This document shows, piece after piece, positions 25,258 through 37,597 of a DNA stretch of 64,000 bases. Source of the DNA: Octopus bimaculoides (taxonomy: Eukaryota); NCBI RefSeq assembly GCF_001194135.2, contig NC_069007.1, positions 5,585,296 to 5,649,295 of the forward strand. The letters are read 5' to 3'. Under the pieces are notes generated by a model. The model was not told the DNA's origin. It saw nothing but the letters and a program-made list of their open reading frames with translations, and made no database searches. A program made the translations under genes and the position numbers. The number at the start of each line of letters is the position of its first letter. The first letter of the stretch is position 1.

Positions 25258-26239
25258 NNNNNNNNNNNNNNNNNNNNNNNNNNNNNNNNNNNNNNNNNNN
25301 NNNNNNNNNNNNNNNNNNNNNNNNNNNNNNNNNNNNNNNNNNNNNNNNNNNNNNNNNNNNNNNNNNNNNNNNNNNNNNNNNNNNNNNNNNNNNNNNNNNN
25401 NNNNNNNNNNNNNNNNNNNNNNNNNNNNNNNNNNNNNNNNNNNNNNNNNNNNNNNNNNNNNNNNNNNNNNNNNNNNNNNNNNNNNNNNNNNNNNNNNNNN
25501 NNNNNNNNNNNNNNNNNNNNNNNNNNNNNNNNNNNNNNNNNNNNNNNNNNNNNNNNNNNNNNNNNNNNNNNNNNNNNNNNNNNNNNNNNNNNNNNNNNNN
25601 NNNNNNNNNNNNNNNNNNNNNNNNNNNNNNNNNNNNNNNNNNNNNNNNNNNNNNNNNNNNNNNNNNNNNNNNNNNNNNNNNNNNNNNNNNNNNNNNNNNN
25701 NNNNNNNNNNNNNNNNNNNNNNNNNNNNNNNNNNNNNNNNNNNNNNNNNNNNNNNNNNNNNNNNNNNNNNNNNNNNNNNNNNNNNNNNNNNNNNNNNNNN
25801 NNNNNNNNNNNNNNNNNNNNNNNNNNNNNNNNNNNNNNNNNNNNNNNNNNNNNNNNNNNNNNNNNNNNNNNNNNNNNNNNNNNNNNNNNNNNNNNNNNNN
25901 NNNNNNNNNNNNNNNNNNNNNNNNNNNNNNNNNNNNNNNNNNNNNNNNNNNNNNNNNNNNNNNNNNNNNNNNNNNNNNNNNNNNNNNNNNNNNNNNNNNN
26001 NNNNNNNNNNNNNNNNNNNNNNNNNNNNNNNNNNNNNNNNNNNNNNNNNNNNNNNNNNNNNNNNNNNNNNNNNNNNNNNNNNNNNNNNNNNNNNNNNNNN
26101 NNNNNNNNNNNNNNNNNNNNNNNNNNNNNNNNNNNNNNNNNNNNNNNNNNNNNNNNNNNNNATATACATATATGCATATATATAAATATTTGTATTTACC
26201 AGTGCCTAAATATAAATATGTGTATGTATGTTCATCTCT

Positions 26240-26564
26240 AAATGCTGGGTGTTGTTTCATCAAGTAGGTTGCCAACTTAATTAATCCAAATATGACCATC
26301 ATCTGAAGAATGACCACCCATCAATCATTAATTGGCAGAATTTAGATGAATCATTCTCTGTTTAACCTTAAATTAATGAAGCTTGGCAATATTTATATTA
26401 TTAATTTCTGCTAATATCTATAGCTAACATACATACATCAGACCTAATTATCATTCCAAATAGCACTATCAATCACAGAAAACAATTTATTAGAGATTAT
26501 ACAAAGCTAAGATAAACTCGAATGTAGCACTGTCTGATGAAGGCCAGCAGCCTGAAACTACATA
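26240..26564 (+). mobile_element. Probable PLE 3' relic ending in an HHR-like core
   Basis: HHLKNDHPSIINWQN resembles a GIY-YIG C-terminal segment; CTGATGA-AGGC-CAGCA-GCCT-GAAA at 26534-26557. Confidence 0.4.
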
Positions 26565-26599
26565 TTATATTTTTGTATTCTTTATTATTTTATTATTAT

Positions 26600-27180
26600 A
26601 TTTGTTTCAGTGATTTGACTGCAGCCATGCTGGAGCACTGCCTTGAAGGGCTTAGTTGAACACATTTATCCAAGAACTTCTTTTTTAAGCCTAGTAATTA
26701 TTCTATCGGTTTCTTTTGCCAAACCACTAGGTTATGGGAACATAAACACACCAACACCAGTTGTCAAGCAATGATGGGAGAACAAACACAAAGACATACA
26801 CACACAGGCACACACATACACAGACACACACACATATACATGTATGAGTGGGTAGTTGGCATTAGGAAGGGCATCCAGCCATAGAAAACCATCCCAAATC
26901 AGAATGGAGTCTGGTGCAGCCTTCCAGCTTACCAGCCCTGGTCAAACCATCCAACCCATGTCAGCATGGACAACAGATATTAATTGATGATGATGATATA
27001 TACGATGGGATTCTTTCAGTTTCCATCTACCAGATCTACTCATAAGGCTTTAGTTAGTCCAAGGCTATAGTTAGTCCAAGGCTATAGTTGAAGACATTTT
27101 CCCCAGGTACCATGCAGTGGATTGAACCCAGAACTAGGTGGTTGGAAAGCAAGTTTCTTACCCCATAGCCACACTTGCAC
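26600..27180 (-). mobile_element. Old SINE family A split by an RTE-tail (family C-type) insertion at ~26850-26998 (+)
   Basis: Tail half 26600-26800 and head half 27000-27180 flank a GGCATTAGGAAGGGCATCCAGC..(GAT)n segment. Confidence 0.7.
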
Positions 27181-27597
27181 CTAGGAATAATACTTTTACA
27201 ATAAGACGGGTGACAGTGACTTCGAAGTTTCAGTCTGATGGCAAATACTCTGAACTTTCAGTCCTATGCCACAAGCCTACACACACATGCCAGGTTACAT
27301 ACACATGCACCCACACAGAGAGCTGCTAAATGTGCATACGTAACAGACCCGCACATCCACATACTCATACAACAGGCAAATGCACACACATACGCACACA
27401 GAGATATACATGCACACACATACACACAAGCGTATTGGCAAAATCACATGTAAACACATGCATGTGTGGATGCATGAATCAACTAAATTATTCAAAACAA
27501 CTAACAAAATGGAGAAAATGTAAAGTTAATGCCTTCAACATGTTATGCATGTCATGTGATATGATGCACACTGAACATGTATAGACATGTGGGCATG

Positions 27598-27630
<33 letters not shown>

Positions 27631-28629
27631 TTTGGCTATTGTCCCTTAGGTTCGTTCAGATACCATCCAGACAGCAAAGCACCAACAGATTCCTGTTGAG
27701 CCATGCAGTTCAAGAAATACCAAATTCAAGATTGAGCTTCTTTTGGCCTCGTCAATGGTAGATACCTGACTGCTAGAAATAGGAGTAACTGCTTGGCTAG
27801 CAATATACATAGAAATACAGAGCCCTGGCAGGCTTTAGTAATATCAATGCATTGATGATGACAATGACAGTGATGAGAATGACGGTCTTAATGATGACGA
27901 TGACGATTTGACGATGATAATGATGACAATGGTAAGAATGACGATAGAGATTATGATGATTTGTCGTTAAGATTTCAGATATCCAATTTTCAAAATAACT
28001 TTTTTTTTTCTGTTTTCTTTAAAGAATAGCTGTTTCGATACCAATTCCACCTGAGACATCAATTCCTCTAGCTTTATGATGCAAGAAATCGCCTGATTTT
28101 GAATTATCCATGTTGAAATTTTAAAGCATTCCATCTTAGTTTTATGTAAGAACCTATAGTTCAATCATGTTCCACACACCCAAATAATCCAGAAAGATCT
28201 GGAAAAAATTTAATTTGCTAAGTGCATCCAAATTCTTGATTGCTTTCAAAATTAATACAATCAGAAAAGCAGAATATTACATTAGGAATATGGTCACAGA
28301 AGGATTTAAACTATAGGATTATTGTTCTGTTGTGCACCACTAAATCTTATTACTTCAGCCCAACATGTCCATCCATCAAAAAATCTGGTGCCTCAGTTTT
28401 TACTGCTTTTGTTTGCTTTATTGTTTGTAGAAACTACTAGGTGCAGCCATGGCAGTCTGGTTAGAAGCTTGCTTCCCAACCACATGGCTCTGGGTTCAGT
28501 CCCACAGTGTCGCACCTTGGTCAAGTGTCTTCTACTATAGCCCCGGGTCGACCAAAGCCTTGTGAATGGATTTGGTAGAAGGAAACTGAAAGAAGCTTGT
28601 CATATATATATATGTATATATTTATGTGT

Positions 28630-28905
28630 ATGTGGTCACCGCGCCTGTGGAGCACTAACAGCACTGTCAATAGTGTTCATTGCCAGAGCAGCTGTCTGGC
28701 TTCCGTGCTAGTGGCAGTAAATGGCACCATTTGAGCGTAATCGTTACCAGCGTTGCCTTGTAGCACTTGTGCTAGTGGCACGCTAGAAAATCATTCGAGC
28801 GAGGTTGTTGCCAGTGCTGCTGGACTAGCTCCTGTGCAGGTGGCACATAAAAAACACCTTTTGAGCGTGGCTGTTGCCGGTCCTTTGTGACTGGATCTCG
28901 TGCCT
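28630..28905 (+). mobile_element. Family C fragment behind a SINE A head (28440-28610)
   Basis: Matches 4140-4390. Confidence 0.75.
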
Positions 28906-28924
28906 TCATATATANNNNNNNNNN

Positions 28925-28955
<31 letters not shown>

Positions 28956-28960
28956 TAGAC

Positions 28961-29027
<67 letters not shown>

Positions 29028-29061
29028 CATAATGTGTATGTGTTTGTATGTCAGTTTGAAT

Positions 29062-29365
29062 GTAAGTGCATGACTCTGTTGTTAGAACATCAGGCTTACA
29101 ATCATGAGGTGGTGAGATCAATTCCTAGACTGGGCTGTATTGTGTTGCTGTACAAGACACTTTATTTCTCATTGCTCCAGTTCACTCAGGTGTAGAAATG
29201 AGTTACAATGTCACAGGTGTCAAGCTGTATTCACCTTTGCCTTTCCCTTGGATAACATCAGTGGTGTGGAGAGAGGAGGGTGGTATGCATGGGCGACTGC
29301 CGGTCTCCCACAAACAACCTTGCCTGGACTTGTGCCACAGAGGGGAACTGTGAGCTTCCTTACAA
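29062..29365 (+). mobile_element. SINE family F copy
   Basis: Matches 1-297 and includes the head. Confidence 0.8.
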
Positions 29366-29689
29366 TTTCGATCTATGAAATTCACCAGAGCTATAGTAGA
29401 GGCCACTTGACCAAGTTGCCACACAGTGGGACTGAACCCAAAACCACAGAGTTGCAAAGCAAGCTTCTTAACCACACAGCCAAACCTGCACCTACATATA
29501 TCCAAATTATTTTACTAATTTTCTTTTTTGTTTAAAATATCTTTCTTCTTTCATCAGAGTGTTAATTCTCAGTACAAAACTGCCTGTTTCGAAAATGCTT
29601 TAATTAAATGTAACTTTGGCATCTATAAAAAATAACTACCTTTAGTTTCTCTTTGTCTTCTTTTAGAAAAAAAAATTAGAATTTCATTG

Positions 29690-30150
29690 GTTACCTTGTC
29701 TTTGTTTGGTTGAACTAAACATTGTTTAACCATGTTTATCTCTCCTCAATACAACTTATCCAGCTTCTATCTTGATTAAAATTAAATCACGATAGAAGCT
29801 GATTTTGTTAATATTTGTCCTTGCTTCACCATCTTCAAACAATAACTTGTGAGAAACAATTTAAAAACTGTCAATTATCTTTTATCTTTTCCTTGTTTCC
29901 AACATTGAATGTTTTTGAATGCTGTAGTTCATGTATTCACTTGACAAAAATAGTTCTTGCCTAATGAAGTAATGTCTCCATTAATCAATTAAGAAATTCG
30001 TTGGAAACAGCTGTAGTGAATTGATACAATATCCATCTGTTGTTATTTATTCCTCTATTATTCACCTCTTTTGGAACCTGCTCCTTGCGTAGATCCGAAG
30101 TATATTATGGATTGTGCATTTAGTACAATGTGTGTTTCTTGATTAGCCCC
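29690..30150 (-). mobile_element. Possible heavily decayed PLE GIY-YIG relic
   Basis: Fragments IIYFGSTQG and SCIEER weakly recall the YIGST and CxLCLEEK motifs. Confidence 0.3.
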
Positions 30151-30337
30151 AGGGCTGTTGATATACTCAGTCGGGTACAGCTAATCGTATATATAACCTA
30201 AATAGCTTCCTGCCTGTAATTTGGTATCTACGTATGTATTCCCCTATTTTTGTTGAGTGCACCTTTTACTTTTCAACCCGATCCGGTGCCTTATCATTTA
30301 AGTACCTGATTCACTTGAATCCTAATCTATTACATAT

Positions 30338-30339
<2 letters not shown>

Positions 30340-30369
<30 letters not shown>

Positions 30370-30545
30370 TTAACGTCCACCTTCCATGCTAGCATGGGTT
30401 GGACGATTTGACTGAGGACTGGTGAAACCAGATGGCTGCACCAGGCTCCAATCTGATCTGGCAGAGTTTCTACAGCTGGATGCTCTTCCTAACGCCAACC
30501 ACTCTGAGAGTGTAGTGGGTACTTTTTACATGCTACCGGCACGAA
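30340..30545 (-). mobile_element. Family C tail
   Basis: (CAT)n-TTTAACGTCCACCTTCCATGCTAGCATGGG. Confidence 0.85.
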
Positions 30546-30708
30546 CGTGCCACATGGTTTGGAAGCCTTAAGTGGTGATGTCTACAAAGCTGAAGCAATT
30601 CAAATATGCTGCAAACATATTCAAACCCATAAGAAAGCCACTCACTGCATTTTGTGATACAGCAAAAAGTTTAGCATACTGCATATGGTAACAAGTTTGT
30701 ATATACAT

Positions 30709-30756
<48 letters not shown>

Positions 30757-30821
30757 GTGATGGTTTTTGGTAAGCAGCATCAATTTTTACAATTCCCTAA
30801 ATAATAACGATGTTGTCTTAT

Positions 30822-30971
30822 AAGCTCAGAGCTTATATGTGATCACTGTGCAATGATGAGAGAAAATAGTCTAATAGTAGGATATATAAGCCCTGCGTTT
30901 TTCTGTTGAAGGCTTATATTAGACTATTTTCTTTAGTCATTGCATGGCGATCGCTTATAAGCTTTGAGCTT
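30822..30971. repeat. Fold-back inverted repeat (~55-60-bp arms), MITE-like, right end at gap
   Basis: AAGCTCAGAGCTTATATGTGATCACTGTGCAATGATGAGAGAAAATAGTCTAATA versus reverse complement of 30915-30971, ~9 mismatches. Confidence 0.85.
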
Positions 30972-31167
30972 NNNNNNNNNNNNNNNNNNNNNNNNNNNNN
31001 NNNNNNNNNNNNNNNNNNNNNNNNNNNNNNNNNNNNNNNNNNNNNNNNNNNNNNNNNNNNNNNNNNNNNNNNNNNNNNNNNNNNNNNNNNNNNNNNNNNN
31101 NNNNNNNNNNNNNNNNNNNNNNNNNNNNNNNNNNNNNNNNNNNNNNNNNNNATATATATATATATAT

Positions 31168-32250
31168 AATAAGGTTCAAGAAAAATACGGCAGCCCATTC
31201 TCCCTATACATAGAAAATAACTGGAAGAGGCATCTGGATGACTGTTTCATTCTGTGGCATGAGAATATAGAGAGACTTAAAGAATTTCAAGCGCTTATAA
31301 ATGAACTTGACGTAAACATTCAATTCACGATAGAATATAGCCACCAACAACTTCCCTTCCTCGACATCCTTATTAAGAAATCTAACAACTTAATAGAAAC
31401 AGATATATACTATAAACCCAGGGACTCAAAGCAATATCTACTGTCCAACTCATGCCACTCCAGAATGAACATCCCCTTCAACCTAGCAAAAAGGATATGT
31501 ACTATAGTTTCTAAGGCAACCACCAGGGATACTCGACTACATGAACTAAAGGATACTCTCACCACCAGGAACTACCCATCTACACTAATTGACACATGCT
31601 TTCAATGAGCCCTTCAACTCAGCATCCACGAACTCAGACATCTCGAATTAAAGAAGGTCCTACAACCAAAAGCCCTACCATACATTTCCACATACAACCC
31701 TCTTAACAGTGAAGCCTTTGACACCATACTTCAAAACATTCCCCTACTAAAAAAGGACCACAGAATGAACTTAATCCTCCAAACACAAACCATTATAAAA
31801 AGCAAGAGACAGCCGAAATCTATGAAAAGTCTCCTAACACAAGCTCGAATACCCTCAACAAAATACACTGAAGCCGTCAGTAAAAAAATGCGGTAGACCC
31901 AACTGCGGAATTTGCATCAATCTAATTGAGGGATCAGAGTTCTCCTTCAAACAGGGACAAAATTTCAAAGTGAAAAGTAACTTCACATGTACTTCTGGAG
32001 AACCTGATATACGCACTAACCTGCTTTGGGTGTCAAGAACAATACATAGGCCAAACAAAAAACAGCCTGTGTCAACGGATGGCTCTGCACAAATCCCAAA
32101 TAAAAAATCCCCAAAACAGAAAAATAGCATGCAGCCAACACATCGATATTTGTGCCAATAATAAAAATCCAAGTTTCAGAATGTTTCCCCTCTATCAATT
32201 CAGAGACGATACAACCTACAATTACTTAATCACTAAGCCATCTGCATTCA
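31168..32250 (+). mobile_element. Penelope-like element (Neptune-like): RT C-terminal half, Cys-rich linker, GIY-YIG endonuclease; disrupted
   Basis: WKRHLDDCFILW (YxDD motif), LPFLDI, TDIYYKP, KCGRPNCGIC linker, LIYALTCFGCQEQYIGQT. Confidence 0.95.
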
Positions 32251-32339
32251 CTCACACACATGCACGTGCACACACACATATTTTGTGAAATATGTAGTTA
32301 AATATTTATAAAATATGTAGTTAAATATTTATAAAAAGG

Positions 32340-33090
32340 ATAACTACAGCCATCTGAAGAGCCATACAAAGAGAAAGGCTAGACATATAACTAGCCCACT
32401 CCGGCCCATCTCTGAGAGGACACCTCGCAAAGAAACCAGTAAGGGACAACAATCAATGCACATTAACAAATTGTCTCATCCGTGAAACAGATTTATGCCA
32501 ACGGGTAAATGCTGTGTATAGAATACAACGTAACAAATGCAACAAGTTCTATGTGGGTAGCACAACAAGACCGTTACACGTCCGCATCAAAGAACATCTG
32601 AACACAAGAGCCTCCTCCTTCAGAAAACATCTAGACTGATACCGGAACACTGACAAAAGCATAACAGTGACAATTGAGGCCAATGAAAGAAACTTGGGTA
32701 ATTTAAGAATTAAGGAAGCTTTACTCATACACAGACTGGGACCCCAAATTAACAACAGGCTGGAGATTGGTAATCAATATATTATTTAGCTACATCTGGA
32801 CGTGTGTAGGTTCATTCTTAATAACATGCTCATGTATTGCTTATAACAAAAAAAAAAGAGAAGCTGCACGTATAACACATAACTTAGAAGCAGCGCCACA
32901 GATGTACCAACACACACGAGATTGAAACATAGCAGACCTCACGCACTTCTCATGAGGAATTCCGGAAGGAGATTCATGAGACCACTACTAAAACACTTCC
33001 AAAAAAAGAAAACCATTGGAAAACAGTTTATAGCAGAGACTCCATCTAAGAAGATCTGAAGAAGGAATTGTAATTCCAAAATATCATTGG
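32340..33090 (+). mobile_element. Second, different PLE: GIY-YIG domain (stop at 32787-32789) plus 3' region ending in a decayed HHR
   Basis: AVYRIQRNKCNKFYVGSTTRPLHVRIKEHL..LRIKEALLIHRLGPQINNR; CTGAAGA-A-GGAATT-GT-AATTCC-AAAA-TATC at 33056-33085. Confidence 0.88.
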
Positions 33091-34463
33091 ACTATAGATA
33101 ACCAAATTACAACAGGTATATAGTCCATTTTTTGTTTTATAGTGCATTGTTGTACCATTCTAAACTTTTTATTCTTTACAAACAATACACAATGCTTCAA
33201 GCAAACTACAATACGCTCCTATAAAAAGCTGATTGCATCTTTGCTTCATATTTCAATTCATGTCAAATGCACTCATTCACCAAATTACAACAAATGTTCA
33301 AGACTGCAGAAGCAGTTTATCCTTACAAATATAAATGTTGGCATGATATTTAGTCTTTATGAAGAGAGCTCTTGTTAAATTTTCAAAGACATACTGATGT
33401 CCTTTATATCTAACTGTAGCAGTAAATACATGTACACATGTGTATGTGTGTATGTTTGAATTTATTTTAAGAAAATTGTTTTGTTTATAAAGCTTTCTTC
33501 ATGTTCTATTTCATGATGAAGGCACTCTTCAGCATTTTTTGACAAATATTCAAAGTCGCAGATGCTGCCAATTCTTACAAGTATACACATTTGCATGTTT
33601 AGTCTGTGAGAAGAGAGCCCTTGATAAATTCACTTAAAGACACTGATGTTTATACATCTCTATGCATAAAGAAATTTACACACACGTCCATATGTATGTT
33701 TATGTGTGTGTTCAAATATTTCACAATTTCAAAAATGTTTTGTTTTGCTTTTCAAAGTCTCTTTCCTGATAAAGTTTTCATAAACAAATTGTTTATGAAA
33801 TAATCCTGCTGGTAAGCAATTTATATCAAAGAGCTATTTTGTTTTTGTGTTTTTTTTTCTTTATTTATTGATAATCTATTTTTATCTCGTAGTTGGGGAT
33901 TACCAAGTCAATCAGAAATGAAGTAAAAAATTATTACAGCAAAAATATTAAAAAAAAACCTAGAATTCAATTGATTTAAAAATCAAAAAAGAACAAAAAA
34001 AAATGATAATAAAAGGAAGAACTACTTACTGCACAGAGTAAAGAAGGCTTTTGTAAGAAATTTACATGAATAATTCCTTGAATCTAAGCTGACAAATTTA
34101 ATAAAACAAAGTCTTACCTAAAATGAAAAAAAAAAAAAAAAAAGCATATGTAAGAGGTTTGTCGCAACAAAAAAACAACAATGGTATGCAAATTTATAAC
34201 AACGATAACAACAAAATGATTAGAATGAATTTAAGTGTAATTTTGAACATATCTCTAAAAAAAAAATAGTTTAGCATTTTCTGTTATCAAATAAATCTTT
34301 TTTATCAAAACTTTCCAACAGTTTTCTGAACTATTTAATATTATTATTTTATTTGACAAGTTATATCCCCCCACACACACACACATACATACATACATAC
34401 ATACATACTTGTATATACATTTCTGTACATACATGCAAACATATGCACATAATAATAACAATG

Positions 34464-34499
<36 letters not shown>

Positions 34500-35084
34500 G
34501 CAACAATAACAACAATAATAATAATGTGTATGCATATACATACATACATGCATAAATACATGAACATTCATGTACGCACATGCAAACATCATAATATTAT
34601 GTGTATGTATATATATATACAACCATACACACACATACATACAAAATATAAACATACATACACATATGTACACATACCTTCACACATAAAAAATACGTAC
34701 ATGCATATGCATAAACTTCTACACGTACACACATACGAACATACATATATGCTGACAAATAAACATACATATATGCACCTAAATATATATATATATACAT
34801 ACAGAAAGAAGTGCATATATAATGCAGGCATCTAGATGTGTGTATTATGTAACTATGACATTATTTCACACAAAAGAATATTTCCAAAATTTTGCAATTC
34901 TTGGTCCAACCCAAGGCTGGAATAAAAGACAACTTCAATTCGGAGAGTAAACCCTGCTGGCTCTTCAATAATTTATGCAAGAGAAAAAACATCCAAAAAT
35001 GTGCCAAATATGGAAACCTTTCTTCGTTGTGCGATTCAAATATTTGCTTCCTGAATAAATGGCTTTGAGGGCAGTTCTACAGTT

Positions 35085-35385
35085 TGACTTCGTGGTTAGG
35101 TGTATTCAGTTCATGAGTGTAAAATTGTGAGTTCAATTCCCGGCAACGCATTTTGTCCTTGAGCAAGACACTTTATTTCACATTGCTCCTGTCCACTCAG
35201 CTGGCAAAAATGAGTAGGACCTGTATTTCAAAAGGTCACATTGTGTAATGCTGAATCATCCTGAGAACTCCATTAAGGATGTGTATGTCTGTGGAGGCCT
35301 CAGCCACTTGTACATTAATTTCAAGAGCAGGCTGTTCTGTTGATTAAATCAATCGTAACCCTTGTCATCATAACTGACAGAGTGC
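35085..35385 (+). mobile_element. Old SINE with F-like core and B-like tail
   Basis: GAGTTCAATTCCC head, CTTGAGCAAGACAC core, GAGAACT..GTCTGTGGAG..CAGCCACTTG tail. Confidence 0.7.
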
Positions 35386-35532
35386 CCCCAGCCAACTGGC
35401 TAGGGTGGTATCTTGGGCAAGTATTTTTTATTATAACCATCCAAAGTCTTGTCAGTGGATTTGGTTGACAGAAACTGAAAGATGTGTGTTGCTTGCATGC
35501 ATACATACATATATAGATAGATAGATAGATAG

Positions 35533-35563
<31 letters not shown>

Positions 35564-35735
35564 CTGTCTAAGAATCCATAAGTCAGAAAAAATTGGTACT
35601 TTTATATTTGTTAATAGAGTAGGTATATTAATTGAAGTTTACAGTATTATATCCATTATGGCCTGTCTTACCAATCGGTTTTGTGTTAGGGATTTTCTAT
35701 AGAGATCAGTTGCCATATTTCATTCTATACCTGCC

Positions 35736-35818
35736 ATCTCTGAAGAGTGCAGGGATACATAATCGGGCTCTTACCTAACACTCTTCTGAAATGCTAGCAC
35801 GAAACTGATTAGTAAGAT
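35736..35818 (+). ncRNA. Minimal type I hammerhead ribozyme motif, core intact
   Basis: Stem I ATCT/AGAT, CTGAAGA 35740-46, stem II GTGC/GCAC, GAAA 35801-04, stem III with GATT loop, GUA cleavage triplet 35812-14. Confidence 0.65.
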
Positions 35819-36005
35819 TGCCCATAATGGATATATAATATCATACACTTTGATTGATATATAGACACACACACATGCATGCATGTGTGTGTGTGTGTGT
35901 GTGCATGTATGTATGCATGGTCCAAAAATGAAGGCAACACAAAGACAAACTGAAAGTAAAACAAACATGGTGTATTAGGTTAATACTCAAGGAGAACTGA
36001 AGAAG

Positions 36006-36043
36006 TCTTTGATGTTTCAAGCCTATGCTCTTCTTCAGAAAGG
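36006..36043 (-). ncRNA. Minimal type I hammerhead motif with one core-adjacent change
   Basis: Minus strand CTTT-CTGAAGA-A-GAGC-ATAG-GCTT-GAAAC-ATC-AAAG; ATC is the expected CpG-decay product of GTC. Confidence 0.6.
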
Positions 36044-37082
36044 ATAGATGAGAAGAGAGAAAAGATGGATTGGAAAAGAACATGACTGAGTTAAACGATC
36101 AAAGTATATTGAAGTGACAAGAATAAGAAGGCGTTGACTTGAGGTGTGGGTGACACGGGGGACAACTATGTGGAAGCTTCAACACAGTTTTCATCTACCA
36201 AATTCATTCACAAGGCATAGATTAGCATGGGACTATTGTAAAATTAATTTCCTGAAGCTGCTAGTATTGAACCCAAAAGTGTATGGTTGCAAATTGAACT
36301 GCTTAACCACATGGCCATGCTTATACTTTTAATTAAAATTATTTAACTTCTATGTAAACTTCATAGAAATTCACACACTCACGCATATATTTAAATAATA
36401 ATTATAATAATCTAATTTCTATGCAGACTTCATAGGAGTCCACACACACATATAAGTATATATATATTTATATATATATATATCTATATTTCGCTGTAAT
36501 TAAAATAGTTTGATATCTATGTAGATTTCCTGTTTTGTCTTTTTGCACATGCAAACCAACATTCCTTTCACCCAAACCCATCCCATTGACTTCATATTTA
36601 TCCCTCAAACAAAGACAACTGACTGCAATTCACTGAGTTCATATATATACAAAAATTATTGGTTATTAAAACAATAAATTTTATTACTTTCGGTTTTCAT
36701 TAACTTACATCTTACATTAATATTTCCATTCATCTTTGTATGAATATTTTGGTAGTGTTTTAGAGCAAATAACAAAGTTGCTGTAATTATTACTTAGGTT
36801 TGTGCATATAATGGGTAGATTATGTGTGTAGCTATCACACAAATAGTTTGCATAAAATATAATATTTATTTAGCATAACATTAATTTCAACTGACATTTG
36901 TCAATGGAAGAGGGAATAAAAGTTATATTTCTCAATTTCAATAACTGAATGACATCATCGTTTTCGTCATTTAATATCTCTTTTTCTATGCTGGCATGGC
37001 TTAGATGGTTTGACTGGATCTGACAAACAAGAGGGCTATATCAAGCTCCAATGTCTGCTTTGGCATAATGTCTACAGCTGAA

Positions 37083-37470
37083 AAGTGGAGGCACAATGGC
37101 CCAGTGGTTAGGGCTGCGGACTCGCGGTCATAGGGTCGGGCTTTCGATTCCCAGACCGGGCGTTGTGAGTGTTTATTGAGCGAAAACACCTAAAGCTCCA
37201 CGAGGCTCCAGTAAGGGATGGTGGTGAACCCTGCTGTACTCTTTCACCACAACTTTCTCTCACTCTTACTTCCTGTTTCTGTTGTGCCTGTAATTCAAAG
37301 GGTCAGCCTTGTCATACTGTGTCACGCTGAATATCCCCGAGAACTACGTTAAGGGTACACGTGTCTGTGGAGTGCTCAGCCACTTGCACGTTAATTTCAC
37401 GAGCAGGCTGTTCCGTTGATCGGATCAACTGGAACCCTCGACATTGTAAGCGACGGAGTGCCAACAACAA
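37083..37470 (+). mobile_element. SINE family B, full length, inserted in an RTE-tail element
   Basis: TSD CTACAGCTGAA at 37072-37082 and 37471-37481; host fragments at 36985-37070 and 37482-37520. Confidence 0.92.
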
Positions 37471-37597
37471 CTACAGCTGAATGACCTTTCTACCCTCAAC
37501 CACTTTTCAGAATGTCCTGGGTATTTTTTTGTGGAGCCAGCTCTTGCGAGGTCACCAAGCACATGCAAGACAAGACCCTTTAAATAAGTGAAGTATC

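Noticed and set aside
27051-27085. 17-bp tandem duplication
   Set aside because: Local slippage inside an old SINE; no further structure
29540-29600. Minus-strand CTGATGA near the putative PLE end
   Set aside because: No stem II and GAAAC is on the wrong side
32354-32382. CTGAAGAGCC..GGC as a hammerhead
   Set aside because: No GAAA after the stem; lies within the decayed PLE reading frame
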